Shown piece by piece: positions 18,965-28,289 of a DNA stretch of 64,000 nt. This stretch comes from Thermoplasmata archaeon (lineage in GTDB: Archaea > Thermoplasmatota > Thermoplasmata > Thermoplasmatales > GCA-001856825): assembly GCA_021792255.1 (NCBI GenBank), contig JAJYUZ010000005.1:21115-85114 (forward strand), given 5' to 3'. The notes below the pieces were generated by a model. That model had not been told where the DNA came from and did no database searches. It saw only the letters and a list, made by a program, of their open reading frames with translations. The position numbers and the translations under genes are program-made. The first letter of the stretch is position 1. Each line of letters starts with the position of its first letter.

Positions 18965-20284
18965 CTACTGCACTTGCTTACCAGGTTTAGTTGCCGAACT
19001 GTCTCGGATGAATATTTTCCCTGTGATGTACTTCGGAGCCCTTGCTTCGCCTTTTGCTTCCCCAACATCCGCGCTCAGATAGACCTCCTTCGATTCCAAA
19101 GGTATTGGGGTTGGAAGTTCCAGGCCTTCCAGGATGTACGAGTAGATATACCTCATGGGTTCAATCCCGTCTATCTTCCCTTCGTTAAGATTCTGAAAGA
19201 GCATCTTGAGCTTCAGCGTGTTGCGGACATTTTCCATGCTGAGAGAATCCCTGGTTCTTCTGATATTTGAGACCTTATCCTCCAGATCTTCCTTTATTCC
19301 AATGAGGCCTTCAACATCCCGTCTCAACTCATCTCTCCTTTCATTCAGGTCATCTATCTCAGCTCCAAACGTTCTAATCTTTAAGCGCGCCGCTTCTTCT
19401 GATGCTGCCTCGGCATCACGAATGAGCTTATCTCTGTTAGCGGCGAACGACATGAAGGAGGAGACGAAAGATTCTAGAGAGGGATAGGGTTTTAGGTTCC
19501 CCACAGTTCTCCCTATATCTTTTTTATTGATCCAGAAGGATCGGAGAAAATCCAACTCCTCGCCCCTCTCTATCACTACTCTTGGATCCAATCCGCTTTC
19601 TATCAGATTAATCACAGTCATCAGGAACCCCTCTGTCTCTCCCTCACTTCCTTCAAATGAAGAAGCTATGTCTGCAATTTTCCTGGCAAGGCTGTATCTC
19701 CTTCCGATCTTTTCTCTCGCGTACTCCAGGAAGGAAACCTCGTCCTTCATTTTTTTCAATTCACTGTTCAGACCGTCAATCTCCTGTTTCCTCCTTCCTA
19801 TTTCAATTAGGAGGCTTTCTGCATCGCTCTCGAGCGATTTCTTTTTCTTAAACAGGGATTCCACATGCTTCTCAACTTCCCTGGCAGAAAACCCCTCTTC
19901 CTTCTCCTTTTGCACTATGAATTTGCTCGCACCTAGGATTGAGGGGAAATCTGCCATGTTTTCCTTGTACAATTTAGCAGTGTCGAGGAGTATGATGTTG
20001 TCCAGCCCCAAATTCTTGGTCTCCTTGTGAAGAACGGTCGTTGGGCTCAACTCTTCAACGCCTATCCCTTCTCGCTTCATGAACTTGAACCCCTCCCTGA
20101 TTAATTCAAGGTCGGAAACGATGTCTCCTGGAATATAGTCTGCCTTTCCGCTAGCAATCTCATCAAGCACCTTCCCAACGGTCGGATGCGATATGCTCAG
20201 TTGCTTCCCGATGTCTCTGTTCGATAAACCCTGAAGGTGCAGGTCCAATACCCTCACTTTCTTCTGCTCGTCTATTTCATTCAT
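18965..20284 (-). CDS. N-terminal HTH plus long coiled-coil protein, unknown function (mobile-element-like)
   Basis: LHLQGLSNRDIGKQLSISHPTV is an HTH; two charged heptad-rich segments follow. Confidence 0.75.
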   Translation of the reverse strand: MNEIDEQKKVRVLDLHLQGLSNRDIGKQLSISHPTVGKVLDEIASGKADYIPGDIVSDLELIREGFKFMKREGIGVEELSPTTVLHKETKNLGLDNIILLDTAKLYKENMADFPSILGASKFIVQKEKEEGFSAREVEKHVESLFKKKKSLESDAESLLIEIGRRKQEIDGLNSELKKMKDEVSFLEYAREKIGRRYSLARKIADIASSFEGSEGETEGFLMTVINLIESGLDPRVVIERGEELDFLRSFWINKKDIGRTVGNLKPYPSLESFVSSFMSFAANRDKLIRDAEAASEEAARLKIRTFGAEIDDLNERRDELRRDVEGLIGIKEDLEDKVSNIRRTRDSLSMENVRNTLKLKMLFQNLNEGKIDGIEPMRYIYSYILEGLELPTPIPLESKEVYLSADVGEAKGEARAPKYITGKIFIRDSSATKPGKQVQ

Positions 20285-20908
20285 ATCTTACTAATGAGAA
20301 GCCCTTTTTAAACCTTTGGAAATAAGTGTACTTTTTTTAGCATAATGATTAGTGTATCCACCCTGTCTATGTCTGGTTGCTGACCGATTTATGCGTAGCC
20401 TAAACTTAGGTCTTTGGAAGCCTCTGGAGAATGGGCGCATATTAGCGTTTAACTCCTAAAAAAGGGAAATAACAAGGTAAAACATTTAAGTGCTTATAAA
20501 CAGGTTGAAAAACAGCCTGAGAAGATGATGGGTTAAGTGCGCATCATGAATCAGTTACAAGAGAATAGAGGAAAATTGAAATGGAAAACATGAGTAGCAC
20601 TTTAGATGGAAAGTGAGGAAGACGCATACAAGAATTCCATAACTGAGATAATTCAAGCCTGCTATAGCTTGTCCAGATCTTCACTACTGCAGGATGCTAA
20701 ACATGAGAGATTCATGCGTCCATTCCGTAGCACCGTAAGACAAGCAGCTACAATGAGCAATCATTGCAGATTCCACAGGTCATGCGCCACAAGTGCATCA
20801 ATACGTGATTGATGGCGATATTCGCTGGAGCCTCAGTTCCAGAATCTCAGGGTTGATTTCCTCCAAAAAGCTAGCTTGATGTCAGTGAAATTCAAGGCAG
20901 CAAGAAAA

Positions 20909-21460
20909 TTAAGGAATCTTTTTCAGATACCTGAAATACATCATCTGCACTTCAGGCAAAGTCCAGCTGTACCGCGCATGAATACAGGCAAAGCTCTGGT
21001 CTTTTTCGCACCAGAGTCTCTGGATACCTTTGTCATCATTCTTCATGAGGATTGTTATCCTTTCATTTGACCTGAGGTCTTCGAGTATGATGTGATCGTC
21101 GTATGCCCTTACGCTGAAGATCTGAGGCATCATTTCGAAAATATCTATTATATTAGATTCGCCTGAAAGTTGAGTCTGAGGGAGCTCAGTCCCGTTTAAC
21201 AAGTCTTCGACCCTTCTCAGCTGAATCGCAGCAATCCTTCCCCTGTTCGTCAAGGAGATGAAGTATGTCCTCCTCACAATGACCTCCTGCCTCATCGTAA
21301 TCAATCCGAGACTGACAAGGGACTCAAGGTTCCTCTCCAGTGAGTAGGAATTCGGAACTACATCCAGAAGAAATGACTTCGTTACTTCTGAACCTGCGTC
21401 GTAAAGCTTCAAGAGTATTGCACGCCCCTTATCAGATATCACATTCCAAAATTTAGCCAA
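20909..21460 (-). CDS. Winged-helix regulator with C-terminal C/D/C/H putative Zn-binding (SWIM-like) motif
   Basis: LESLVSLGLI...RTYFISLTNRG wHTH; C-terminal LWCEKDQSFACIHARYSWTLPEV. Confidence 0.72.
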   Translation of the reverse strand: MAKFWNVISDKGRAILLKLYDAGSEVTKSFLLDVVPNSYSLERNLESLVSLGLITMRQEVIVRRTYFISLTNRGRIAAIQLRRVEDLLNGTELPQTQLSGESNIIDIFEMMPQIFSVRAYDDHIILEDLRSNERITILMKNDDKGIQRLWCEKDQSFACIHARYSWTLPEVQMMYFRYLKKIP

Positions 21461-21539
21461 AGTATATAAAACCCATGATAAGAGATATTATTACGAAAGA
21501 TATTTATATAATTATATCAGATAGTGTATGTGATATAAT

Positions 21540-21971
21540 ATGATAAACTCAAACAGTAATTCCGAAAAAAATGACATGCAAAAGACAACAGAGGAGGAAT
21601 ATATCAGAATGGCAAACGAAAGGATTGGGATGGTCTTGAAAATCGTGTGCAGGAATTCATCTGATCCGAGCGCAAAGGAGTGGGAGATATCGAGAATGAT
21701 CGCTGAGAAAATGATAGATCCTTTCTACTATTGGCAGCATGAAGGACCAAATGAACTGGAATCTGAAAACGGAAAGAAGAATGAAGTCCTAATCAGTGAG
21801 ATTGCAGAAAAGTACGACCTTGATCTTTCTGAGATTAAAAGCAGCCCCAGCAGGATAAAGATCAGGAAGTATATTGAGAATGGGTTTGAAGAGCTAAAGG
21901 TTAAAACGAAGGAAATGGGATATGCCTATGACAGGGAAAGCAGATCGTTCGTGAAGTGGATAAGAAAGTAG
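21540..21971 (+). CDS. Hypothetical protein, divergent from the wHTH gene
   Basis: 143-aa charged ORF; TTTATATA box about 30 nt upstream. Confidence 0.65.
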   Translation: MINSNSNSEKNDMQKTTEEEYIRMANERIGMVLKIVCRNSSDPSAKEWEISRMIAEKMIDPFYYWQHEGPNELESENGKKNEVLISEIAEKYDLDLSEIKSSPSRIKIRKYIENGFEELKVKTKEMGYAYDRESRSFVKWIRK

Positions 21972-22273
21972 ATTAGCACTGGTGTTCCTCAGTACGCCTT
22001 CTAAAAGGCGGTAGGACAGTAAACACAACCATAGGGGAACACATTGAAGGGTTGTTATTTCAGGAACTGCCGGCCGGTTCCCAAAGATCGGCATGGTGAG
22101 GAAGTGGAAGAGGAAACGGAAATTTTTGTTCATGGTCATAAGGACGGAAGAGTTGGAGTGATGTTTTTCTGAAATCATGAGAATGATCATGGGTACTCTC
22201 AGGTAAAGAAGTGGCAAAGGTGGTACATTACCTTAGTCATGGGTCGTGCGGAAAATTTGTGCATTTTTCCAAT

Positions 22274-22347
22274 TTTACCGTGAATTTACCGTTTATTTTA
22301 CCATCACTCTACCGCATCTTTACCGACTATTTTCACTCCATTTCACT
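22274..22347 (+). repeat. Helically phased TTTACCG heptamer array (iteron-like)
   Basis: TTTACCG 22274, TTTACCG 22285, TTTACCA 22297, TCTACCG 22308, TTTACCG 22319, TTTCACT 22331 and 22341. Confidence 0.7.
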
Positions 22348-22533
22348 ACTAGGAGCTCATAGGAAGAACTGTTATAGTCTCGTATGCGTCAGGAGATGGA
22401 CTGCGACCCGTCCTTGTTCTGGATAAAACATAACCTGCTATAGTCGCTATTAAATTTCTTCCAATCATCGAGGGTTTCGGAATCCTCAGTAGAACCTCAA
22501 AAAATTAAAATACGGTAAAAATAATCTAAATCG

Positions 22534-23310
22534 ATGAAGGTAGTCATATTAGCAGGGGGAAGAGGTACAAGGTTATCCGAGGAAACAACGGTGAGACCAA
22601 AACCTATGGTAGAGATTGGAGAGCAACCGATTATGTGGCATATTATGAAAATTTATTCCCATTATGGTTTTAATGATTTTGTAATCTGTTTGGGATACAA
22701 AGGCAATGTCATAAAGGAATATTTTTACAACTACTTTATCCATGAATCTGACATTGAACTAAACTTGGCAACGAGGGACTTTAAAACGTTGAAGAATCCT
22801 CCCGAACAATGGAAAGTCACCCTCGTGAACACAGGGCTCGATACCATGACAGGGGGGAGGATCAAGAGAATAAAAGACCATATTGGAGATGAAACATTCA
22901 TGATGACATACGGAGACGGCCTTTCAGATCTGAACATTGGTTCTCTTGTCGATTATCACAAGGCCCATAGCAAATATGCGACCGTTACGGCGGTCAAGCC
23001 ACCAGGAAGGTTCGGTGCGATTTCATTACAGGAAAATGGTCTGGTATCTCAATTCACAGAGAAGCCAAGGGGAGATGGGTCGTTTATAAACGGAGGTTTT
23101 TTTGTTCTCGAGCCTGCAATTTTCGACTATATTGAAGGCGATGGCACAATCTGGGAACAAGAGCCTCTCAGAAAGCTGTCGCGGGACAATCAACTTATGG
23201 CTTTCAGGCACGATGGTTTCTGGAAAGCTATGGATACAATGAGAGATAAGATTGAACTAAAAAATCTTTGGAACAGCGGAAATGCACCATGGAAGGTGTG
23301 GAAGAGTTGA
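22534..23310 (+). CDS. rfbF: Glucose-1-phosphate cytidylyltransferase
   Basis: LAGGRGTRLSEET.VRPKPMVEIG, TMTGGRIKR, MTYGDG, INGGFFV, FWKAMDTMRD, APWKVW. Confidence 0.95.
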   Translation: MKVVILAGGRGTRLSEETTVRPKPMVEIGEQPIMWHIMKIYSHYGFNDFVICLGYKGNVIKEYFYNYFIHESDIELNLATRDFKTLKNPPEQWKVTLVNTGLDTMTGGRIKRIKDHIGDETFMMTYGDGLSDLNIGSLVDYHKAHSKYATVTAVKPPGRFGAISLQENGLVSQFTEKPRGDGSFINGGFFVLEPAIFDYIEGDGTIWEQEPLRKLSRDNQLMAFRHDGFWKAMDTMRDKIELKNLWNSGNAPWKVWKS

Positions 23311-23331
23311 TTAAAACCATGAACTTTAGGT

Positions 23332-23796
23332 ATGGAGGAATTGACCATGATTGATGGAACCAAAATTACCGAACTGCGGATTATACCTGACGAGAGAGGG
23401 GCAGTATTAAGAATGCTTAGAAAAGATGATCCTGTCTTTTCCAAGTTCGGAGAAATCTATTTTTCGAAGGTTTATCCGGGCGTGGTTAAAGGATGGCATC
23501 TTCACAAGAAGATGACCTTAAACTACGCAGTTCCAGTCGGAATGGTCAAGTTGGTTCTATATGATAACAGGGAAAACTCCTCTACAAAGGGGGAGATAAT
23601 GGAGCTTTTTATAGGGGAGACCAATTATCAGCTGGTAACTATACCTCCAAACGTCTGGAACGGTATTAAGGGAATAGGTACGGTGCCCGCTTTAATAGCC
23701 AACTGTGCAACAGAACCACACGACCCAAATGAAATAGTAAGGATGGACCCAGAGGACAACTTCATTCCCTACAACTGGAACTTAAGGTGGGGGTAG
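23332..23796 (+). CDS. RmlC-like cupin NDP-4-keto-6-deoxyhexose epimerase
   Basis: DERG, GVVKGWHLH, VKLVLYDNR.NS.T.G, VTIPPNVWNG. Confidence 0.85.
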   Translation: MEELTMIDGTKITELRIIPDERGAVLRMLRKDDPVFSKFGEIYFSKVYPGVVKGWHLHKKMTLNYAVPVGMVKLVLYDNRENSSTKGEIMELFIGETNYQLVTIPPNVWNGIKGIGTVPALIANCATEPHDPNEIVRMDPEDNFIPYNWNLRWG

Positions 23797-24743
23797 AGAA
23801 ATTGAAAGTTCTCGTTACTGGGGCAAATGGCTTTATTGGTTCTCACGTGCTGGAAGCCTTAATAAAGGAAAATGGTTGGGAAATAGCCATTACTCTAAGA
23901 CCTGAGTCTGATATCTCTAGAATAAGGAATATGTTGGAAGAATCAAATAGAATCAAGGCATATGTCTTGGGTGAACAAAGCTTAGACAGCATCATTTCGA
24001 GTTTTAAACCTGACCTTGTTGTTAACTTTGCAGTTTACTACGAAAAGAAGGACCTTTATTCTAATATAGATCAAATGGTTGAAACAAACATATCATTTTC
24101 CTCTAAGATTTTAGATTCCATGTCAAGAAATGGAGGAAGGTTTTTTGTGAACACAGGGACTTACACAGAATTCCTAATGGATAAGCAAATCTTAGCTACA
24201 GAATCTAACGTTCACCCTGCCAATCTCTACTCCGCAACCAAGGCAGCATTCGAAAACATCTTAAAATATTACACCGAGAATTATAATATAACTGCAGTCA
24301 CATTGAACCTTTCAACTACTTACGGACCGAAAGATAAACCCAATAATCTAATTCCATATTTGGTGAATTGTTCTTTGGAAAATAGAGATGCAAATGTCTC
24401 AGCGGGGGAACAAATTTTGGATTTCGTTTATGTAAAGGATGTTGCAGAAGCATATGTAAAAGCTATGAGATACTTATTGGGCACCCATAAAAATTACGAC
24501 GTGTTTAGCATAGGAAGTGGCTCTCCTCACAATCTTAAGGAAATCGCTGAAATTATTAGCGGATTCGGTGGCAATCTCAGGATCAACTGGGGGGCAATAC
24601 CTTACAGCCTTCAAGAGACGTTCTTCTTCAAGTCTGATATAACCCACGCAAGGAATGTTCTCAGGTGGTGGCCAAAATATACACTGAGTGAAGGCCTCCG
24701 TGAAACCTTTGAATACTTTAAGGGTGTAAAGTCCCATGAATGA
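23787..24743 (+). CDS. NAD(P)-dependent 4-keto-sugar reductase/epimerase (RfbJ/RfbS-like SDR)
   Basis: GANGFIGS, FVNTGTYTE, NLYSATK (YxxxK), TYGPKD, DFVYVKDVAEAY. Confidence 0.82.
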   Translation: MGVEKLKVLVTGANGFIGSHVLEALIKENGWEIAITLRPESDISRIRNMLEESNRIKAYVLGEQSLDSIISSFKPDLVVNFAVYYEKKDLYSNIDQMVETNISFSSKILDSMSRNGGRFFVNTGTYTEFLMDKQILATESNVHPANLYSATKAAFENILKYYTENYNITAVTLNLSTTYGPKDKPNNLIPYLVNCSLENRDANVSAGEQILDFVYVKDVAEAYVKAMRYLLGTHKNYDVFSIGSGSPHNLKEIAEIISGFGGNLRINWGAIPYSLQETFFFKSDITHARNVLRWWPKYTLSEGLRETFEYFKGVKSHE

Positions 24744-25029
24744 AGACATCTATCCAGAAATAAGCATACTTGGAGCAAGGCTCTCCGGACTTTCTCTCTA
24801 TATTCCCGAAGGTTTCGCTCATGGATTCTTAACCCAAGGAGAAAGTAATATCGTCCTTTGCCTTGTTGATAAACGCTATAGCCCTCAACACGAAGGTGGC
24901 ATTAGGTACGATTCATTTGGTTTTCATTGGCAGATATGTACGCATAAAACACTATCAAAGAGGGATCTCTCGTTCATCAAGTTCAGCAACTTTCGCACGC
25001 CATTCGGAGGTAATATAAATGAAAGGTAA
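24736..25029 (+). pseudogene. Truncated RmlC (dTDP-4-dehydrorhamnose 3,5-epimerase) fragment
   Basis: Only the C-terminal half is present: LYIPEGFAHGFLT...YSPQHEGGIRYD; the DERG and RGLH segments are absent. Confidence 0.7.
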
Positions 25030-26101
25030 TTTATCAAAAGATCATTTAGAGTTTTTTGGAAAGAAGAAAATTCTAATAACCGGTCATACTGGTTTCATTG
25101 GTTCCTGGCTTACAAAATGGCTCTCGATGCTGGGTTCCCAAGTTTTAGGGTACTCTTTAGATCCTTCAACACATCCAAATATGTTCTCTAATCTAAATTT
25201 TGGAAGTAATTTAATCGATGTTCGAAATGATATCCTCAACAAAGAGTCTTTGAAAAAGGCTGTAAGTGACTTTGAACCAGAGATAGTATTTCATTTAGCG
25301 GCACAACCTATAGTGTTAGAATCATATAACAATCCAGAATATACCTATCAAACAAACGTTATTGGGACAGTTAACCTTCTAGATATTTTACGAAAAAATC
25401 AATCCGTGAAGGTTATAGTGGTAATTACAAGTGACAAAGTTTACGAAAATGTGGAATGGATTTATCCGTATCGTGAGACCGACCCATTAGGTGGGAAGGA
25501 CCCTTACAGTGCGAGTAAATCTTGTCAAGATATCGTAGTAAGTTCGTTTAGGGAAAGCTTTTTTGCCGGTCGCGATGTAAGTGTATCTTCCATAAGGGCT
25601 GGTAATGTTATTGGGGGTGGTGATTGGGGGGAATTTAGGCTGGTACCTGATATTGTAAGGGGAATTACTCAAAAGAAGATTATCGATTTAAGAAATCCTT
25701 ACTCAACTAGACCATGGCAACACGTTCTTGATCTAGCATTTGGAATGATGAAATTAGCCGAGATGAGTTGGTTGAACACCGAATATGCAGGGATCTGGAA
25801 TTTTGGGCCTACTGGCGCAGACAATTTAACGGTGAAAGAACTTGCCGGCAGATTAATTAATTTTTGGGGAGCCGGCGAGTATAAAATCTCAAAAAGTGGA
25901 AAATTTTACGAGGCATCTTATTTGAAACTTGATATAAGCAAGGCTAGGCATATGCTAAACTGGTACCCGCTAGTTGATATTGATCGGTCGGTGGTAAAGA
26001 CTGTTGAATGGTATAAGAAATATTACCACGGTCGTAATGAAATTAATAAATTTACAGAAAAACAGATCAATGAGTATTCCGAGAATAGAAATGCGAAGTG
26101 A
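25019..26101 (+). CDS. rfbG: CDP-glucose 4,6-dehydratase
   Basis: TGHTGFIGSWL, FHLAAQPIV, TSDKVY, GGKDPYSASK, RAGNVIGGGDW, RPWQHVL. Confidence 0.95.
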   Translation: MKGNLSKDHLEFFGKKKILITGHTGFIGSWLTKWLSMLGSQVLGYSLDPSTHPNMFSNLNFGSNLIDVRNDILNKESLKKAVSDFEPEIVFHLAAQPIVLESYNNPEYTYQTNVIGTVNLLDILRKNQSVKVIVVITSDKVYENVEWIYPYRETDPLGGKDPYSASKSCQDIVVSSFRESFFAGRDVSVSSIRAGNVIGGGDWGEFRLVPDIVRGITQKKIIDLRNPYSTRPWQHVLDLAFGMMKLAEMSWLNTEYAGIWNFGPTGADNLTVKELAGRLINFWGAGEYKISKSGKFYEASYLKLDISKARHMLNWYPLVDIDRSVVKTVEWYKKYYHGRNEINKFTEKQINEYSENRNAK

Positions 26102-27077
26102 AGCGATAACGGGTAATAGATTAATATGCGAGTTAAAAGAAGAGCCCATAAATCTATTTTTCAGTCTCGCTGATTATAGGAACAGTTATTTCACAAGCAA
26201 CGACCAGAACAAGATAATGGAGTTCTATGAAGGGGTTCAAGATTCAGAGGAACTAATTGAATGGATGAGAGAAAGACCAAAAGGTGTATCATATGTTCAT
26301 GAGGTCGAAGGCGACAAGGAGATTGTTGTCGTCATAACAACGGCCGACTTTGATGGCAAGTACGCGAAAGAATGCAGAGATAATATATTTAAAGGCCTCC
26401 ATTTGATATTTGTAGAAAGTGGAGGAAGAGGTGACTTTTATTTCAACATTGCGCACAACATCAACGTCGGAATTAAGAAAGCGATGGAATACAATCCAAG
26501 ATGGGTTGTGTTTTCTAATGACGATATGGTAAAACAGGATGAAATTTCAGTACTTCAAGAGGCGCTGAAGAATTACGATCCTTCTAAGACAGGAATAGCG
26601 TATTTTTATCCCAGCACAAGTTACCACTCTAGGGAAATGAATATATCCACCATTAGGAAAACAAGATCAATTGTGAATCCACTGCTGCTCTATTCCCGCC
26701 GGAAGGCATTTGATATTCTAAAGAAATTTAACACTAAATTCGTTCTATCTGGGGGTTCTATCCGGGACTTACTCTTTTATAAGAGAGTACTCACGTTCAG
26801 GAATACAATTGCCATTGCTGTTTATTCAGCGGAAATGATAAAAGAATTTATCTCTAGATACGGTTGTTTTTTTGACGAAACATACATAAATTCTGGCGAA
26901 GATGGTGATCTCGCATTAAGAGTTCAAAAGGCAGGATGGGAAAAAGGGGAGGTCAATTTTAGGATACGTCCCCTCATAGGTGGAACCTTTGGCAATTCAG
27001 ACAGCAGGTACCTGAGGGATCAAGCCGGCAACATCTATTTTTCAAAGAAGCGAGAGGAAGAGGAACATGACTTTTAA
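26091..27077 (+). CDS. Putative GT-A-fold glycosyltransferase (paralog of 34819-35799); start uncertain
   Basis: FNIAHNINVG, WVVFSNDD (DxD-like), FDETYINSGEDGDL. Confidence 0.72.
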   Translation: MRSEAITGNRLICELKEEPINLFFSLADYRNSYFTSNDQNKIMEFYEGVQDSEELIEWMRERPKGVSYVHEVEGDKEIVVVITTADFDGKYAKECRDNIFKGLHLIFVESGGRGDFYFNIAHNINVGIKKAMEYNPRWVVFSNDDMVKQDEISVLQEALKNYDPSKTGIAYFYPSTSYHSREMNISTIRKTRSIVNPLLLYSRRKAFDILKKFNTKFVLSGGSIRDLLFYKRVLTFRNTIAIAVYSAEMIKEFISRYGCFFDETYINSGEDGDLALRVQKAGWEKGEVNFRIRPLIGGTFGNSDSRYLRDQAGNIYFSKKREEEEHDF

Positions 27078-27243
27078 GTCACGGTCGTACTCCAACGCAA
27101 CTAGATTCCTTGGAAAAGTCATTTACAGTGGAGCTATACCGATTGTTTTACCGCGTCTTTACCGGCAATAATTTATCGCTCTTTCCTTTTATAGGGTGAT
27201 GGGATTAGATTTTATGAATTCAAATGGGTTGAGAAGTGAACTA
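27067..27243 (+). pseudogene. 5' remnant of a DUF2079-like gene
   Basis: MTFKSRSYSNATRFLGKVIYSGAIPIVL aligns without gaps to MPYRYSSHHKVPGFIGQIINRRTIPIIL (35771 gene), in the same position relative to the paralogous GT; then stops and an IS insertion. Confidence 0.55.
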
Positions 27244-28286
27244 TAGTTAAGGACATTTGTAATTGATTATTATTAAATATTATATCCGTATACAGATACC
27301 ATGGTGGAAATGGGTATTGATGAGCTCAAGCTCAATTACAGGAATGAGAAGGATGCGGATGTGCGAGAACGCATCCTCATGATCATATGGCTGAAGTCAG
27401 GCATATCCAGCTACAAGATTGGTGAAAGACTGTTCTGTCCCCAGTCCAAGGTCATCTACTGGAAGAAGAGGTATGCAGAACATGGAATGGATGGTCTAAG
27501 AACAGTCCAGAAATCTGGAAGGCCTACACAAATGGATGAAGTCACAGAACAGCATATAAAGGAAGAGCTATCCTCAAAGGAATACTGGAAATCCACCCAA
27601 GTCTCTTCCATAATCAGGGAGAAGGGCAGAATGATCTACACTCAGAGGCATGTGCGCCGTTTAATGCAGAAGTGGGGTTATTCCCTAGTAACTCCAAGGA
27701 AGAAGCACAAGAAGGCAGCCTCCGATGAAGAGGTTGAAAACTTTAAAAAAAATCCGCAGAGATACTGGGTTCTCTCAGGAAGGGAATGACTGCGGTGTGC
27801 ATGGATGAGTCCATATTCGTATACGACTCAATAGTAAGAAGGGTGTGGGCAAGGAAGGGAAGCAAGCCAAGAATCATGACAACGGGTTCTCACAAGAAGG
27901 TGCTTCTATCCGGTGCAGTTGCATTAGACGGATCGACTCTATTCCGTTCCTATGAGGGCATGGCATCAAGGGAATTCATCTCCTATCTCAGTGCACTGAA
28001 GAGGAAGTATGGAAAGTACGTACTGTTCTACGATGGTGCACCCTGGCACAGATCTGAGAAAGTGAAAAGATTCCTCAAGAAGAACAGGAGGAGGATAAAG
28101 CCTGTGATGTTTCCAGCATGTTCTCCCGAGCTTAATCCTGTGGAGGAGTGCTGGAACATAGGAAAGAACACCCTCCTTGGGTCTACGGTGCCGGACAGCT
28201 TCGAAAAATTGAGGAGAGAGGTATCGGAATATTACAGGACAAAGAAGTTCCATCTAAATATAATCAACTACATATGTCCATATCTA
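27244..28286 (+). mobile_element. IS630-family insertion sequence (about 1.04 kb)
   Basis: Imperfect TIRs TAGTTAAGGACATTTGTAATTGATTAT and (reverse complement) TAGATATGGACATATGTAGTTGATTAT; TA duplication at 27242-43 and 28287-88. Confidence 0.9.
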
Positions 28287-28289
28287 TAA
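27301..28289 (+). CDS. IS630 transposase, OrfA (HTH) and OrfB (DDE) joined by a probable -1 frameshift
   Basis: OrfA has W.KRY...G.DGL...KSGRP; OrfB has MDES, YDGAPWH, SPELNPVEECW; TTT-A8 at 27742-27752 with the -1 frame open into OrfB. Confidence 0.88.

Noticed and set aside
18539-19068. Several short overlapping ORFs between the flippase and the HTH gene (also 20606-20812)
   Set aside because: No recognisable motif or start signal, so they cannot be supported as genes
21499-21518. dif-like site GATATTT-ATATAA-TTATATC
   Set aside because: The left arm is imperfect and the sequence coincides with the TATA box of an AT-rich divergent promoter, so chance is likely
22274-22347. Possible mini-CRISPR array
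   Set aside because: 7-nt units with 3-5 nt spacers are far too short, and there are no cas genes in the window
22534-26101. 3,6-dideoxyhexose (abequose/paratose) pathway
   Set aside because: No DdhC/RfbH or DdhD/RfbI is in the window; the only PLP enzyme is perosamine-synthase-like and coupled to gmd
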